A stretch of DNA of 64,000 nt, from NCBI GenBank assembly GCA_026770705.1, contig JANJGN010000008.1, positions 158,658,001 to 158,722,000 on the forward strand. The letters run 5' to 3'. Origin of the DNA: Isurus oxyrinchus. Lineage: Eukaryota. Positions 63,939-64,000 of the stretch are shown piece after piece. Position numbers and translations under genes: made by a program. Positions within the stretch are counted from its first letter, which is position 1, and the number at the start of each line of letters is the position of its first letter. The notes under the pieces are model-generated. The model was not told the DNA's origin and ran no database searches. It was given only the letters and a program-made list of their open reading frames with translations.

Positions 63939-64000
63939 CTTGGGTCCAGATTTTTTTCTTGGTAAGTGCTCCATCAAAAGTGTTGAAAGTATACCCTCCA
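63939..64000 (-). CDS. DDX31: DEAD-box helicase 31, internal exon (truncated by window edge)
   Basis: Minus strand reads (M)EGILSTLLMEHLPRKKSGPK|gtttgt. Resembles the recalled human DDX31 segment MEDILCVL...GAQK. Phase 0 matches the next exon. Confidence 0.75.

Overview
Eukaryotic genomic DNA, most likely from a cartilaginous fish; this is inferred from shark-type DeuSINE, CR1, Penelope and Harbinger repeats plus vertebrate protein similarity. The window holds the complete 3-exon homeobox gene BARHL1 on + (CDS 5847-6306, 11107-11329, 16173-16464; 324 aa). Converging on it from the - strand are the last four coding exons of the DEAD-box helicase DDX31 (>64000-63939, 51869-51761, 42895-42712, 25940-25790). 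All splice sites are GT-AG and phases join correctly. The rest is intronic or intergenic: candidate enhancer-like blocks and many transposon remnants. Most notable non-coding observations: (1) Penelope-like elements carrying minimal hammerhead-ribozyme motifs, with target-site duplications, a nested insertion and a 25-bp micro-inversion; (2) an apparently CpG-retaining ~21-kb domain around BARHL1, supported by CpG decay in repeat copies outside it; (3) a decayed two-gene Harbinger transposon; (4) a candidate Atoh1-type 3' enhancer. I found no clearly new protein-coding system. Family names come from recalled consensus motifs, not database searches.
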